Assembly: GCA_002269645.1 (NCBI GenBank) | Contig: NIVC01003441.1 | Coordinates: forward strand, 1 to 30,902 | DNA from: Macrostomum lignano | Lineage: Eukaryota | Direction of reading: 5' to 3' | Length of the DNA stretch: 30,902 bases | Shown: in pieces, positions 17,134 to 27,947 of the stretch | Numbering within the stretch: the first letter of the stretch is position 1 | Layout of the letters: each line of letters starts with the position of its first letter | Made by a program: the position numbers and the translations under genes | The notes under the pieces: model-generated | Told to the model about the DNA's origin: nothing | What the model saw: only the letters and a program-made list of their open reading frames with translations | The model's database searches: none

Positions 17134-20100
17134 CTGCGAATTCGGTTTCGGACGGCAAATTTTGTTGTTAAATGTTTTGCTCGCTACTGACAGTAGTGTA
17201 GTTAGTCATCGCAAATAAAATGTTTCTATTTTTAGAAACAGCAATAGAATTGACTGATTCACTCACATGAGCGTAGGTGAGCGCGTTGTGAATCTCGTCG
17301 GGAGACGCGTTCTCGCCGACGTAGACGTAGATCTCATGACCGTTGTCGATTATGAACACGTCCTGAGAGGGAAGTAAAACAAGGGGATGCTGCACCAATG
17401 ACCAGACTAGCTGCACCAATGACCAGACTAGCTGCACCAATGACCAGACTAGCTGCACCAATGACCAGACTATAGCTGCACCGATGACCAGACTAGCTGC
17501 ACCAATGACCAGACTAGCTGCACCAATGACCAGACTAGCTGCACCAATGACCAGACTATAGCTACACCAATGACCAGACTATAGCTGAACCAATGACCAG
17601 ACTAGCTGCACCAATGACCAGACTAGCTACACCAATGACCAGACTAGCTGCACCAATGACCAGACTAAAGCTACACCAATGACCAGACTAGCAGCACCAA
17701 TGACCAGACTAGCTGCACCAATGACCAGACTATAGCTACACCAATGACCAGACTAGCTGCACCAATGACCAGACTAGCTACACCAATGACCAGACTAGCT
17801 GCACCAATGACCAGACTATAGCTACACCAATGACCAGACTAGCTGCACCAATGACCAGACTAGCTGCACCAATGACCAGACTATAGCTGCACCAATGACC
17901 AGACTAGCTGCACCAATGACCAGACTAGCTGCACCAATGACCAGACTAGCTGCACCAATGACCAGACTATAGCTACACCAATGACCAGACTATAGCTGAA
18001 CCAATGACCAGACTAGCTGCACCAATGACCAGACTATAGCTACACCAATGACCAGACTATAGCTGCACCAATGACCAGACTATAGCTGCACCAATGACCA
18101 GACTAGCTACACCAATGACCAGACTAGCTACACCAATGACCAGACTAGCCTCACTAATTACCTCCTCAGTGACGGCGCCGCGCGAGGCTGCGGGTCCGCG
18201 AGACACTTCGGAGAACTCCAGCGAGCCGCTCTCGCCCGAGAGCCTGCATGGCGATGTCAGAAATTAAAAGTGCAAATGACCGACTGACTCGATTATTTGA
18301 AGTCCTAAACAGCAATCTCACCTGTAGACGCTCTTGTCTGGCTGGGAGAAGGCCATGGAGAAGGAGGCCTGCTCGAGGTCGCTGATCGGCTCCAGCTCTT
18401 CGTCCGTCAGGCTGTTGTAGAACTCGTGCTGCAGTTTTTATGGGGATGTCTGCTGTGAGCTCAGTCTGGGGTCTTCACGTACATGTATGCATGCATGCGT
18501 TTAATATTTTTAGAATTCAGGTCGACTTCGCGTTGAAGGGATAAGGTTGAAGAGGTGGGGTTGAAGAGGTGGGATTGAATGGATGGGGTTGAAGGGATGG
18601 GGTTGAAGGGATGGGGTTGAAGGGGTGGGGTGGGTTGAAGGGATGGGGTTGAAGGGGTGGGGTTAATTGAAGGGGTGGGATTGAATGAATGGGGTTGAAG
18701 GAATGGGGTTGAAGGGATGGGGTTGAAGGGATGGGGTTGAAGGGGTGGGGTTGAAGGGGTGGAATTGAAGGGATAGGGTTGAAAGGATGGGGTTGAAGGG
18801 ATGGGATTGAATGGATGGGGTTGAAGGGATGGGGTTGAAGGGGTGGGGTTGAAGGGGTGGGATTGAAGGGGTGGGGTTGAAGGGATAGGGTTGAAGGGGT
18901 GGGGTTGAAGGGGTGGGATTGAAGGGGTGCGGTTGAAGGGGTGCGGTTGAAGGGGTGGGGTTGAAGGGATAGGGTTGAAGGGATGGGGTTGAAAGGATAG
19001 GGTTGAAGGGATGGGGTTGCAAGGCTGGGGTTGAAGGAATAGGGTTGAAGGGGTGAGGTTGAAGGGGTACGGTTGAAGGGGTGGGGTTGAAGGGTTAGAT
19101 TGAAGGGATGGGTTGAAGGGTGGGTTTAAGGGATGGGGTGAAGGGATGGGTCAAAGAGGTTCAAAATAAACGCATTGGCAGTGCAGCAGGAATCAGAGGC
19201 GCAGGATTAGCAGCAGATTCAGCCACCGACCTCCTCTTCAGCGTCGTCCTGGTCCAGCACCTCGGTGTCCAGTCGGCCGTTCCTCTCCTCGCAGAGCTTG
19301 CGCAGGTACTGGGCGGCTTTGAATCGCTCGTCCTTGTTGCAGCCGCGGCTGTTCCATTGGTAGGCGCGGTCTCCGAGATCCAAGATGTACACGTCGGTCT
19401 CGTCAAGGGCTTTGCGGGACATTGTGACCTATGAGAGGGTGTGGAGGTTTTAGAACAGTTTAAGATGTAATGTTTAAGATAGAAATAATTGCAAATTGAA
19501 GATGCACCTGTGAACAAGGGAATGCACGAGTAGGTGACGGTGCACCTGTGAACAGGTGAATGCACGAGTAGGTGACGGTGCACCTGTGAACAGGTGAATG
19601 CACGAGTAGGTGACGGTGCACCTGTGAACAGGTGAATGCACGAGTAGGTGACGGTGCACCTGTGAACAGGTGAATGCACGAGTAGGTGACGGTGCACCTG
19701 TGAACAGGTGAATACACGAGTAGGTGACGGTGCACCTGTGAACAGGTGAATGCACAGCAAAGTGACGGATTAATCTTTCCGTAGGAAGGAATAAAATTGG
19801 TTGCATTGATTGGGGTGCAGGAGGCACAGACTGATGGGACTGAAAGACGGGAAGAAGGAATGGGGAATAGGGTATGGAAAGAAAAGGATAATGACAAAGG
19901 GTATGGGGAAAAGGATATGGGAACAAGGGATGGGTAAGAGGGGGCGGGGCGGACAGAAGGCGGAGCAAAAGAACTGAGAAAGAAAAAAGATTGAGGCTGT
20001 TAAGAGATTGAGAAGAGAATGCCGAGAGCCGAGGCTGACAAGAAAATGACAAGAATCGAAGGCTGGCCTCAGAGAACTCACCTCCTTGACGATGATGTTA

Positions 20101-21245
20101 CGCCGCTCGCCTTTAAAGTGGAACAGCCGCGGCGTGTACTCCCTCGTGTGCACTTTGTTGAAGCCGCTGGGGCATCCGCCAGACATGTAGGTGATCTCCG
20201 GGAAGTAGCTCTTGAACAGGTCGCTCTCGTGGCCCTGCACCTCCCGGTGCTGGACTGGCCGGTCGTCCAGCAGGGTGTCCAGCTCCACAGTCTTGTAGGC
20301 CGCCGTGCCGTACTCGTCGGCGGTGCTGTGCACGCCAATCCAGAAGTGAATGTCGTAGCACAGCTTGTCCTCGTCCTCCTCCTGGTACACGTTCAGAACG
20401 ATGTAGGAGTCGCCATCGAAGAACTTGCCGTAGAGGTCGCTTTCCCACTTGGCCACCTTGAATTGCTGGAGAGTGAGTAGGCGCAGGTGACAATGGCGGA
20501 TCGAACGCTACTCAACAGAGCTGCCAATCATCGATACTTGCCTCAATTCGCCACACGAACAGCTTTGGCTCCGAGCACTCCAGCACCTCCGCCCAGGCCG
20601 GTTCCAGCTCGGCGGCCTCCTCTGCAGGAGATTCAAAGGCGATGGGAATTTTACTGGAGAAATTTTACCTGCTAGGACACTTTTACCTGGAACACTTTTA
20701 CCTGGAACACTTTTACCTGGGACACTTTTATCTGGGACACTTTTACCTGGAACACTTTTACCTGGAACACTTTTACCTGGAACACTTTTACCTGGAACAC
20801 TTTTACCTGGAACACTTTTACCTGGAACACTTTTACCTGGGACACTTTTATCTGGGACACTTTTTCCTGGGACACTTTTACCTGGGACACTTTTACCTGG
20901 GACACTTTTATCTGGGACACTTTTATCTGGGACACTTTTACCTGGAATACCTTTACCTGGGACACTTTTACCTGGAACAATTTTACCCGGAACACTTTTA
21001 CCTGGAGCACTTTTACCTGGAACAATTTTACCTGCGAAACATTTACCTTGAAACACTCTTACCTTGGGACACTCTTACCCAAGAGTGTCCCAAGAAATTT
21101 TACCTGGAAAACTTTTATTTTGGGACAAGATTCATTTAACACAATTTTCCTCAGCTCCCTACTTACTCTTGACCTTTCGCTCTTCATCGGAGCCGAACAG
21201 GGCCAAATTGGTGTCCTTCCAGCTGTACTGCTGCGGCTTCTGCAT
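17032..21245 (-). CDS. Gelsolin-like protein, three-domain severin/fragmin/EWAM type, 8 exons, 375 aa
   Basis: Exons 21245-21167, 20621-20542, 20465-20082, 19428-19231, 18428-18322, 18243-18162, 17362-17267 and 17133-17032 total 1128 nt and splice in frame. Motifs YSWKDTNLALFGSDEE, LEPAW, VWRIEQFKV, YGKFFDGDSYIVL, IHFWIG, AAYKTVELD, QHREVQGHES, PRLFHFKG, DVYILD, DVFIIDNG. Confidence 0.95.
17267..17362 (-). CDS. Gelsolin-like exon 7 (DVFIIDNGHEIYVYVG...)
   Basis: CTCTCAG| acceptor, |GTGAGT donor, 96 nt. Confidence 0.92.
17389..18149. repeat. 21/23-bp minisatellite (CCAATGACCAGACT[AT]AGCTGCA), ~35 copies, filling gelsolin intron 6
   Basis: Tandem periodicity with two interleaved length variants. 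Confidence 0.95.
18162..18243 (-). CDS. Gelsolin-like exon 6 (RLSGESGSLEFSEV...)
   Basis: GCAG| acceptor, |GTAATT donor, 82 nt. Confidence 0.9.
18322..18428 (-). CDS. Gelsolin-like exon 5 (HEFYNSLTDEE...KSVY)
   Basis: CTGCAG| acceptor, |GTGAGA donor, 107 nt. Confidence 0.88.
18532..19150. repeat. G-rich 14-bp minisatellite (GGGGTTGAAGGGAT / GGGGTTGAAGGGGT), ~40 copies, gelsolin intron 4
   Basis: Tandem periodicity of 14 nt with G3/G4 runs. Confidence 0.95.
19231..19428 (-). CDS. Gelsolin-like exon 4 (VTMSRKALDETDVYILDLG...)
   Basis: CTCATAG| acceptor, |GTCGGT donor, 198 nt. Confidence 0.9.
19504..19755. repeat. 38-bp minisatellite (GCACCTGTGAACAGGTGAATGCACGAGTAGGTGACGGT), ~6.6 copies, gelsolin intron 3
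   Basis: Units start at 19504, 19542, 19580, 19618, 19656, 19694 and 19732. Confidence 0.95.
20082..20465 (-). CDS. Gelsolin-like exon 3 (domain 1 and start of domain 2)
   Basis: CTCTCCAG| acceptor, |GTGAGT donor, 384 nt. Confidence 0.96.
20542..20621 (-). CDS. Gelsolin-like exon 2 (EAAELEPAW...VWRIE), ends at a GC donor
   Basis: CTCCTGCAG| acceptor; donor GAG|GCAAGT; 80 nt. Confidence 0.9.
20675..21120. repeat. 15-bp minisatellite (CACTTTTACCTGGAA), ~25-28 copies, gelsolin intron 1
   Basis: Tandem periodicity, degenerating after ~21045. Confidence 0.95.
21167..21245 (-). CDS. Gelsolin-like exon 1 (MQKPQQYSWKDTNLALFGSDEERKVK)
   Basis: ATG at 21245, donor A|GTAAGT; matches the N-terminus of invertebrate gelsolin-like proteins. 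Confidence 0.92.
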
Positions 21246-21939
21246 TTTCTCTTGGTTGAATTGATTGAAGCACTGAGCGAGTGACGAGTTAGCAATGCAG
21301 GTGAAGTCAATTTAGCGAGGGACGCAATGCTATATGGAGGCCTGTGAATCGGCCGAGACTTCACAAAAATGGAACGCACGAGCCATGACGAGAATAGCCA
21401 ATTGATAAGCCGGTAGGCTGCGCACGTTCTGTCGGATTTTTGGTCGAATAGTTTTTTTGAGAAACCGGCTACAAACCAGTGTGGCTTGTTTGCACTTGTT
21501 TGCAGTGTTGGGAGTTTGAGTCACTCTGGCCGGCAGAGTTAGGCAGAGATAAGGTCAGGTGGCTGTACATTCATCCAACCACTTTGTACATAAGTTCTTG
21601 ACTTTGGGGCGGGTACGAGTAATGTACACAGAGTTGCTAAGGTATGACAAATTGGAAAGGTGAATTGGGCACACACTGAATTTGGCTACACGGTAAAAGC
21701 TATTTTGACAGCTCTTACAGTGCCTACTCAATTACCAAACAGTGGCAAGCCGCGTCTAGCAACGAGAACTACACTAAGCAACAGCTAAACCACCTACACT
21801 CCGCTGCCACATGGCCGAAAAGTTTTGCATGCCATCGGTAATTCGAATAAGTTCGAAGGCAGTTGCTGCGAGGGTTGTGCAAAGCACCTCCCACATCAAA
21901 TAGGACGCCAAAGTCTATCTACGTAGACATGAACCTCAT

Positions 21940-22075
21940 CGAGCCCTGCAGAATGCTGAAAAGATGAGAAAGACAGTTCAGAATGCTTGGCAGCAGCTGC
22001 CCTAAGAGTTCAATAACCGGCTGGTGATCACGTGATCAGGATTCCACAACGAGTGACCGAACTTTTTGCTTGCTC
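21940..22075 (+). pseudogene. Possible decayed Tc1/mariner transposase C-terminus
   Basis: Reads AEKMRKTVQNAWQQLP*EFNNRLVI, resembling the helical C-terminal stretch of Tc1-type transposases. Short and interrupted. Confidence 0.3.
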
Positions 22076-22320
22076 ATTAGTTTCTACTCACGATACTGAA
22101 ACAAGCATTAAATACATTGCTTGGGGGAGGGTTAGCTGTTGCGGAGCATATTGCCACTTGCAAAGTTTCATTAATTGTTTTACTAGGTTTCGGTACAGAT
22201 TCCATAAGTAAAGCAATGGTCCATAGTAAGTAAACCCAGCAACAGTCAAGGTTCATATCTTGGACCCTGGGAGTTTGCAGATGGCGATTAGGTGTGGCTG
22301 CAGGTTGAGCCACACACATC

Positions 22321-22452
22321 AAGGCGTCTTGCGGGACTTTTCAGCAGCTTTCGAATTGCTGTGCGAGTTCTACCAAATCTTCGAACAGTTTCACTGATTG
22401 GCGCACCGAGTTTCAGCATCCTAACAGCTCGCCATCGTTCAGAATCCGTCAT
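22321..22452 (-). pseudogene. Decayed Tc1-type transposase N-terminal HTH fragment
   Basis: MTDSERWRAVRMLKLGAPISETVRRFGRTRTAIRKLL resembles the Tc1 paired-like HTH (ERWRAxGML...xARRFG). Confidence 0.5.
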
Positions 22453-22801
22453 TCAGACTGAATTTCAGCCAATTTGTACCTTGGCACACACAAACCCCGC
22501 CCTAACCTACCAGTGCAGCGTGCTTGCGTAGAGGGTGCTGCTTCCCGTCAATTGTCCAACCATTGTTCAACAAAGCTACCTCGTACTAAACAGGTGCATC
22601 ATTTTATGCACTTTGCACAGCACAGATGCCATGATTCCACACTTACTTCAAGCTAATGCAAAGATAACGAAGGAAAAGTGAATAATAAATGTGGGAAAGT
22701 GCTGTGGCTATAAACCAAGCCGAGGATCACCCATAAACAAAATAATTTGCTTCCCAGTGCACCGTACGTTTTAGCGAGCTACTTGAAAAGAGAGCAAGCG
22801 A

Positions 22802-22958
22802 TGCATGCATGGATGAAGGAAAACACTGGATTGCTCATCTGAAATAGTCTATGGTCGAGTTATTTCCTCCACACTTGAAATTTACCCCCCAGGAATCTGT
22901 TGGCTGATGAAAGTTAAAAATAATCCCCCGTAGGACTTGACTGGCTGCTGAATCAGTC
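22802..22958 (+). repeat. ~160-bp repeat, inverted copy at 26906-27071
   Basis: Aligns to the reverse complement of 26906-27071 with scattered substitutions and small indels. Confidence 0.92.
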
Positions 22959-23335
22959 AGGGGGGAATTCGAAGATCGGGGTGTGAGTTTGACTTTGAGT
23001 GTTTTCATAGAATATTGTAGCAGTATGTATCAAAGCAGACGAGCTGCAGAGAGAAGGGTGCATATAAGAAGGTTTCCTTTTCAATGAGAGCTGTGTGTCA
23101 TTAATTTATTCTATTCTGCCTTTGTCGTTTTGTTCCGTCAGCGTTCACTGGTAATGGCAAAGCGCAACTGCGCTGCCTTGGACTGCAAATCCAAGACCGG
23201 ACGACAAAAATGAGGACGGCAGCCCGATAAGTTTTTTTGCTTTTCCTGTTAAATTCATCGATCAGCTCCCTGAATGGCTGGTGAGTATAAAAACATCGCC
23301 AAAGTTCAAGCCAACCAGAAACACATTTCTTTGCG

Positions 23336-24031
23336 GCCTGGTGGTCAACACGCAGAAGACCGTTGTGCTCTGCGTGCCGGACGACATCGAGGCTGCAATA
23401 TTCTGCCGAGGCGCTGACGGGCAGACGACCGAACTCCCACGATGTCAGCAGTTCGTCTACCTCGGCGGTCTGGTTCCAGACGCTCGCGAGGACCTGCGAC
23501 GCCGCCGCGGGCTTGCCTGGGCTACCTTTCGTTCTGTGAGGGCAGTCCTGCAGTCCGAGGCCCTACCGGACCGCCAGAGGGCGGCGCTGTTCCAGGCGGT
23601 AATCGAGACCGTCCTGCTGTACAACGCCGAGATCTGGACGCTGACGGACTCACTCGAACAGCAAGTCGATGCGGCGCACGCTGGCCTGCTGCGCGCCGCC
23701 TTCAACATCGGCGTCGAGCGAGTCAACAACGTGGCACTCTATCGCCGCGCTGGCCTGCCACGTCCAGGCGATCTACTGCGCAGTCGGCGACTCCAGCTCG
23801 CAGGCAATCTCATCCGCGCCGAGTCGTACTGCCCACAGCTGGTGCAGGAGGTGCTGCTGCTCACGGTCAAGCGCGAACTCGGCGTTATGTCGACTGTCTG
23901 CTGGCTGAGGCCGGCGCCCGGACACTGCCGGTGGCGTGGCCTTTGTTCGCGCCCAAGCCATGAAGCGCGCCCTGTGACGCTGACTTTTGCCATCTTGACA
24001 GCGTATTTTGTTGTTGTTGTTATTGTTGTTG
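23336..24031 (+). mobile_element. 5'-truncated RTE-clade non-LTR retrotransposon (RT thumb and C-terminus)
   Basis: GLVVNTQKT, FVYLG, LFQAVIETVLLYNAEIWTLT, RRLQLAG; (TTG)n tail at 24008-24034; TTGCG duplicated at 23331-23335 and 24032-24036. Confidence 0.88.
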
Positions 24032-24209
24032 TTGCGACAAGCACTTCGCCGCCGACTCCTTCACCACAGTTCCACAGAGAAAACTGGCTTGCGATTATAG
24101 AAGGTTATTAAAGCCAAGTGCTGTGCCAACCAGTCAGTTGCGCGCACTTGGTGCTCTGCCTTTTAATGCCTCTCTTGAAATGATCGTCTCTGCCTCATCA
24201 AGTATCTAT

Positions 24210-24646
24210 GCACCGAGTGTCTCTGTTGTACCGAGGGTCTCTGTTGCACCGAGTGTCTCTGTTGCACCGAGTGTCTCTGTTGCACCGAGTGTCTCTGTTG
24301 CACCGACTGTCTCTGCTACACCGACTGTCTCTGCTGCACCGACTGTCTCTGCTGCACCGACTGTCTCTGCTGCACCGACTGTCTCTGCTGCACCGACTGT
24401 CTCTGCTGCACCGACTGTCTCTGCTGCACCGACTGTCTCTGCTGCACCGACTGTCTCTGCTGCACCGACTGTCTCTGCTGCACCGACTGTCTCTGCTGCA
24501 CCGACTGTCTCTGCTACACCGACTGTCTCTGCTGCACCGACTGTCTCTGCTACACCGACTGTCTCTGCTACACCGACTGTCTCTGCTGCACCGACTGTCT
24601 CTGCTACACCGACTGTCTCTGCTGCACCGACTGTCTCTGCTACACC
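24210..24646. repeat. 18-bp minisatellite (CACCGACTGTCTCTGCTG), ~24 copies
   Basis: Tandem periodicity; reads (PTVSAA)n in the THAP frame. Confidence 0.95.
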
Positions 24647-24814
24647 AGGGACAATAAAACTACCGGGACGCAAAACAAGCCAAATCATGGTGAAAAAAGT
24701 TAAGGGGTCGTCGTTTGAAAGCAGTGTTCTGTGGCCGTTCCAACTACAATTCTTCAGTCTAAAGAGGTGTGAGGCCAAATAAAAAGCCCTCAACTCATGT
24801 GCGACAGCAAAAAA

Positions 24815-25540
24815 ATGTTGAGAAAGTGCAACGTCTTTAACTACAGATCAAACTATAACTCAGAAGAAAGCCGAACAACGATATTTGCTCTTCCTTGAGA
24901 TGCACGAGAACGGGAGCGTTGGAGACAAAGCCTACCAAATACTTTTGAGGTAAGAAGGATGTTAATTCTAAGCGATTATACGCTGGTATGCGTGGATGAA
25001 TTTATTACAAACTAATTGTAAAAAATAATCACAGCGATAAAATTTACCATTCTAGAAAGTGACTGAGCACATGGACATGTGCCAAAGACACTGGCCAAGT
25101 GACACCCCATGTTAAAGAATGGTCGACATGAAAGACCGAAAGATCCGCCTTCTGTCTTCTCTGGCTTTCCCCCTTCGTTCTTGATACAGACGGACAGACA
25201 CAGTTTTTATTGCACTAAACTTCTCCGTTCGCGCATTCATTATGCATACGCCAGTTTTGATTCGAGCCTTGCAACAATTGGCAAACTGAATCCAATGGAA
25301 CTTTAACTATTCAACCGCCAGGTGCAGACAGTTAATTTATCGGCCGAATGGATGGACGTGATTCGACTGTACAAATCAGAAGAATATCACGTTGTCAAAC
25401 GAATGGAATCAACCCACGAAGCTTGCTATCCTTCAGTTCAAGCATACAGAAAAACGAAGGTAACACTCGCTCTCCAAGTCTTCAATGAAAAGGTTGTTGC
25501 AGCACTGAAGTGCGACGGCTCCATAGACACGGCAGTATAA
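24815..25540 (+). pseudogene. Decayed THAP-containing P-superfamily transposase (second THAP, intron, transposase fragment)
   Basis: MLRKCNVFNYRSNY...IFALP*D..ERERWRQSLP, a GT-AG intron at 24950-25055, then MCQRHWP...RPKDPPSVF. 25322-25540 reads AEWMDVIRLYKSE...KVTLALQVFNEKVVAAL, like the P-element/THAP9 KVxLAxQVFS segment. Stops and large deletions are present. Confidence 0.68.
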
Positions 25541-26905
25541 GTCGTCGGCTTACGAAGGTTGCACCTGCGCCGACTACATCGCACGACAGAAAGCTACGCA
25601 AACTGGGAGGCCAATGAATTTGCGGTACAGTTTTTAGTATTCTGTCTTTGGAGTTTCAATTTTCCAATCCGAAATCTTTCATATCTAGCTGCTCCTCATC
25701 TGGGTTCCTCTTGAAATTCGTTCTGTTTAGTCCTGATTTTACATCAGGACTAACTTAAACTTAAACAAACTTAAGTTGTTTTTACAGTACTCGTAAGGAG
25801 ATTTTATAGGGCTAGACTAGGATACTATAAGTCATAATGCTGCGGACGACATCCAGTCTCGCCAAATGTTGTTGCTCGCGTATTATCGTTAGCCCGTATA
25901 TAAAGTTTCCGGTTTACATGTATACACTGTTCAAATCTTGTCACTTTAGCTTCGTTGACCCTTTGGCCCATGTTCTTCTGCTATTTCTTCCATTGTAAGA
26001 CTATTCCTCTTATAAGACATTTTCAAAATGAGGGCTAGTTAGTAAAGCTTGGAAGTTTTCCTGCCAACTCCATACTGGTTTCCGACCGCGGTAAGTCCGG
26101 ACCGCGGGACTTAGAAACATTTCGAAAAGCGTCTCTCAGAAATTTTCTAAGGTAAATTCCAGTTCTAAGGTGCCAAGCCACGACTGAATTCCCTACTATG
26201 ACTAAGGCTTCCCAGCATAACAATAAAAGTTTGCCAGGTGACGGATATTGGGGAAATCTATGCTGGCACATAAATCATATGTAAAAGCACCAAGCTTACA
26301 TTGATTACCCATCGTTAATTTATAATTAGGCGCCAGGCCAATACAATGCTGCACTAACTTTTTAATCTGTGTGCGCGTGCTGGTGTGCTGTTTAACTACT
26401 CAATAATTACGTCGCATTAATATCGCAGTACATTTTGTCTCTGTGTTACCTGTTAACTCTATATTTACATCTTAATAGTAGGAACATTGGACTGGAGGCA
26501 GGGACCATAATTATTAATTCATAATTTAGGAATTTTATGCACCTAGAGCTAGCTATATTATTAATCGGCATCTTAATAATTATGTACTGCTCCGATAACG
26601 AACAGTGGTCGTTTAAAGTCGGTAACATTCGTTATCACTTCAACCTTAGTGTTAAGGAGGAAGATCCTTGCCCCAAGAGGATTATCCCAGACAGCAAAGG
26701 AGACGTAATTTCAACCCTCGCTACTAAATCAAAAACAAAACCGGTTAAGGCTCAGACCGGTCGCCCATTCCAGTCTCTTTGTGATTAATGATCAGGGCCG
26801 GTGAGACGTCCGCAAGCAACGGCGTGATGCTTTATTTAGACTTTTCTACCTACAAGCATGTCTAGCTGCTGAAAATTTGAGGGAAATCCAAAGATGTATT
26901 TGATA

Positions 26906-27071
26906 GACTGATTCAGCATCCAATCAAGTCCTACGGGGGATTATTTTTAACTTTCATCAGCCAATAGATTCCTAGGGGGGGGGGTAAATTTCAAGTTTGG
27001 AGGAAAGAACTCGACCATAGACTATTTCAGATGAGCAATCCAGTGTATTTTTTCATCCATGGATGCATGCA
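26906..27071 (-). repeat. Inverted copy of the 22802-22958 repeat
   Basis: See the partner copy. Confidence 0.92.
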
Positions 27072-27740
27072 AAAATAAATAAAATAAACAAGAGTCGAAG
27101 ATCGGCTGGTTTTAATTTATTACCCAGTTAGGCCTGGTCATAGACTAAGGAAAGCATTTATTTGATGCGAAATAAACTTATTTGGCCGGGTCAATAAATT
27201 TATTGGCCTAATAAAGTACGTTGCATTTGCGACCAATGGCCAAGAATGAGCTTCCTCTAATCTCTAATCTCTGGCCAATCAGAGCAATTTTCTCATGAGC
27301 GCCGACACTGCAAAACAGCTTCTGCCCATATCCTGGACTAGAAGTCCAGACTTTCAGTTTTTGAGGTTTTAGAAGGTTACAGTCATTCAAAAATACATTT
27401 ATCTGGTAGACTTAAAAACCCCCAGTTGCCAAACCATCAGAATTCAAACGTCCAACCGCTGCTGCTCTTATCCAAGCCAGCGGTGATTGAGCAGTAGGCC
27501 TGTTGTTCTGTATGTGTCAAAGATTCTCACGAAGGCAGTGTTGTAGTTGAGACTGCGAGCGTAATATGTTTACGGTCCCACTCAGCCATCTAATAACGCC
27601 CTAAAGTATTTTCCTTTCTCTTCGTTATGGAAAATAAAATGCAAGTTTGGCTAAGCAGCAGTCGGCTACAAGCCCGAACTCAACTATTATAAAATATTTC
27701 TTACGAGTCACAACGGACAGAGCGGAATTCGCTCAAATTT

Positions 27741-27947
27741 ACAACAACAACAACAACAACAAAATACACTGTCAGGATGGCAAAAGTCAGCGTCACAGGG
27801 CGCGCTTCATGCTTGGGCGCGAACAAAGGCCACGCCACCGGCAGTGTCCGGGGCGCCGGCGTCAGCCACCAGACAGTCGACGTAACGCCGAGTTCACGCT
27901 TGACCTCGCCGGTAGGGTGCTTGCAGCGTGAGCAGCAGTACCTCCTG
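27741..27947 (-). mobile_element. Second RTE copy, 3' end only
   Basis: Reverse complement closely matches 23845-24031. Reads QEVLLLTLQAPYRRGQARTRRYVDCL...AQA*, (TTG)n tail; keeps 22 nt that copy 1 has lost. Confidence 0.9.

Larger units (their letters stand above)
23154..24782 (+). pseudogene. THAP-domain ORF split by an RTE insertion and carrying an in-frame 18-bp minisatellite
   Basis: MAKRNCAALDC..., a frameshift in an A5 run at ~23205, then FAFP..W..FKPTRNTFLC | insertion | DKHF...RRLLKPSAVPT. This gives the THAP C2CH signature and AVPT box; the frame stays open to 24782. Confidence 0.8.

Noticed and set aside
1343-24646. Tandem arrays as CRISPR arrays, including the LTR 11-mer array
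   Set aside because: Spliced eukaryotic genes and no cas genes. The minisatellites lack unique spacers, and the LTR motif is only 11 nt with irregular spacing.
26035-26271. Protein-like minus-strand frames around 26000-26270
   Set aside because: Interrupted by stops and not assignable to any family I recognise; needs a tBLASTx search.
26537-26788. 83-aa ORF with a hydrophobic N-terminus (secreted peptide?)
   Set aside because: AT-rich, degenerate TE-like context where hydrophobic runs arise by chance; no supporting motif.
22970-27106. Shared 11-mer TCGAAGATCGG near both inverted-repeat copies (22970, 27096) as a TSD
   Set aside because: The left copy lies inside, not outside, the inverted pair, which does not fit TSD geometry.
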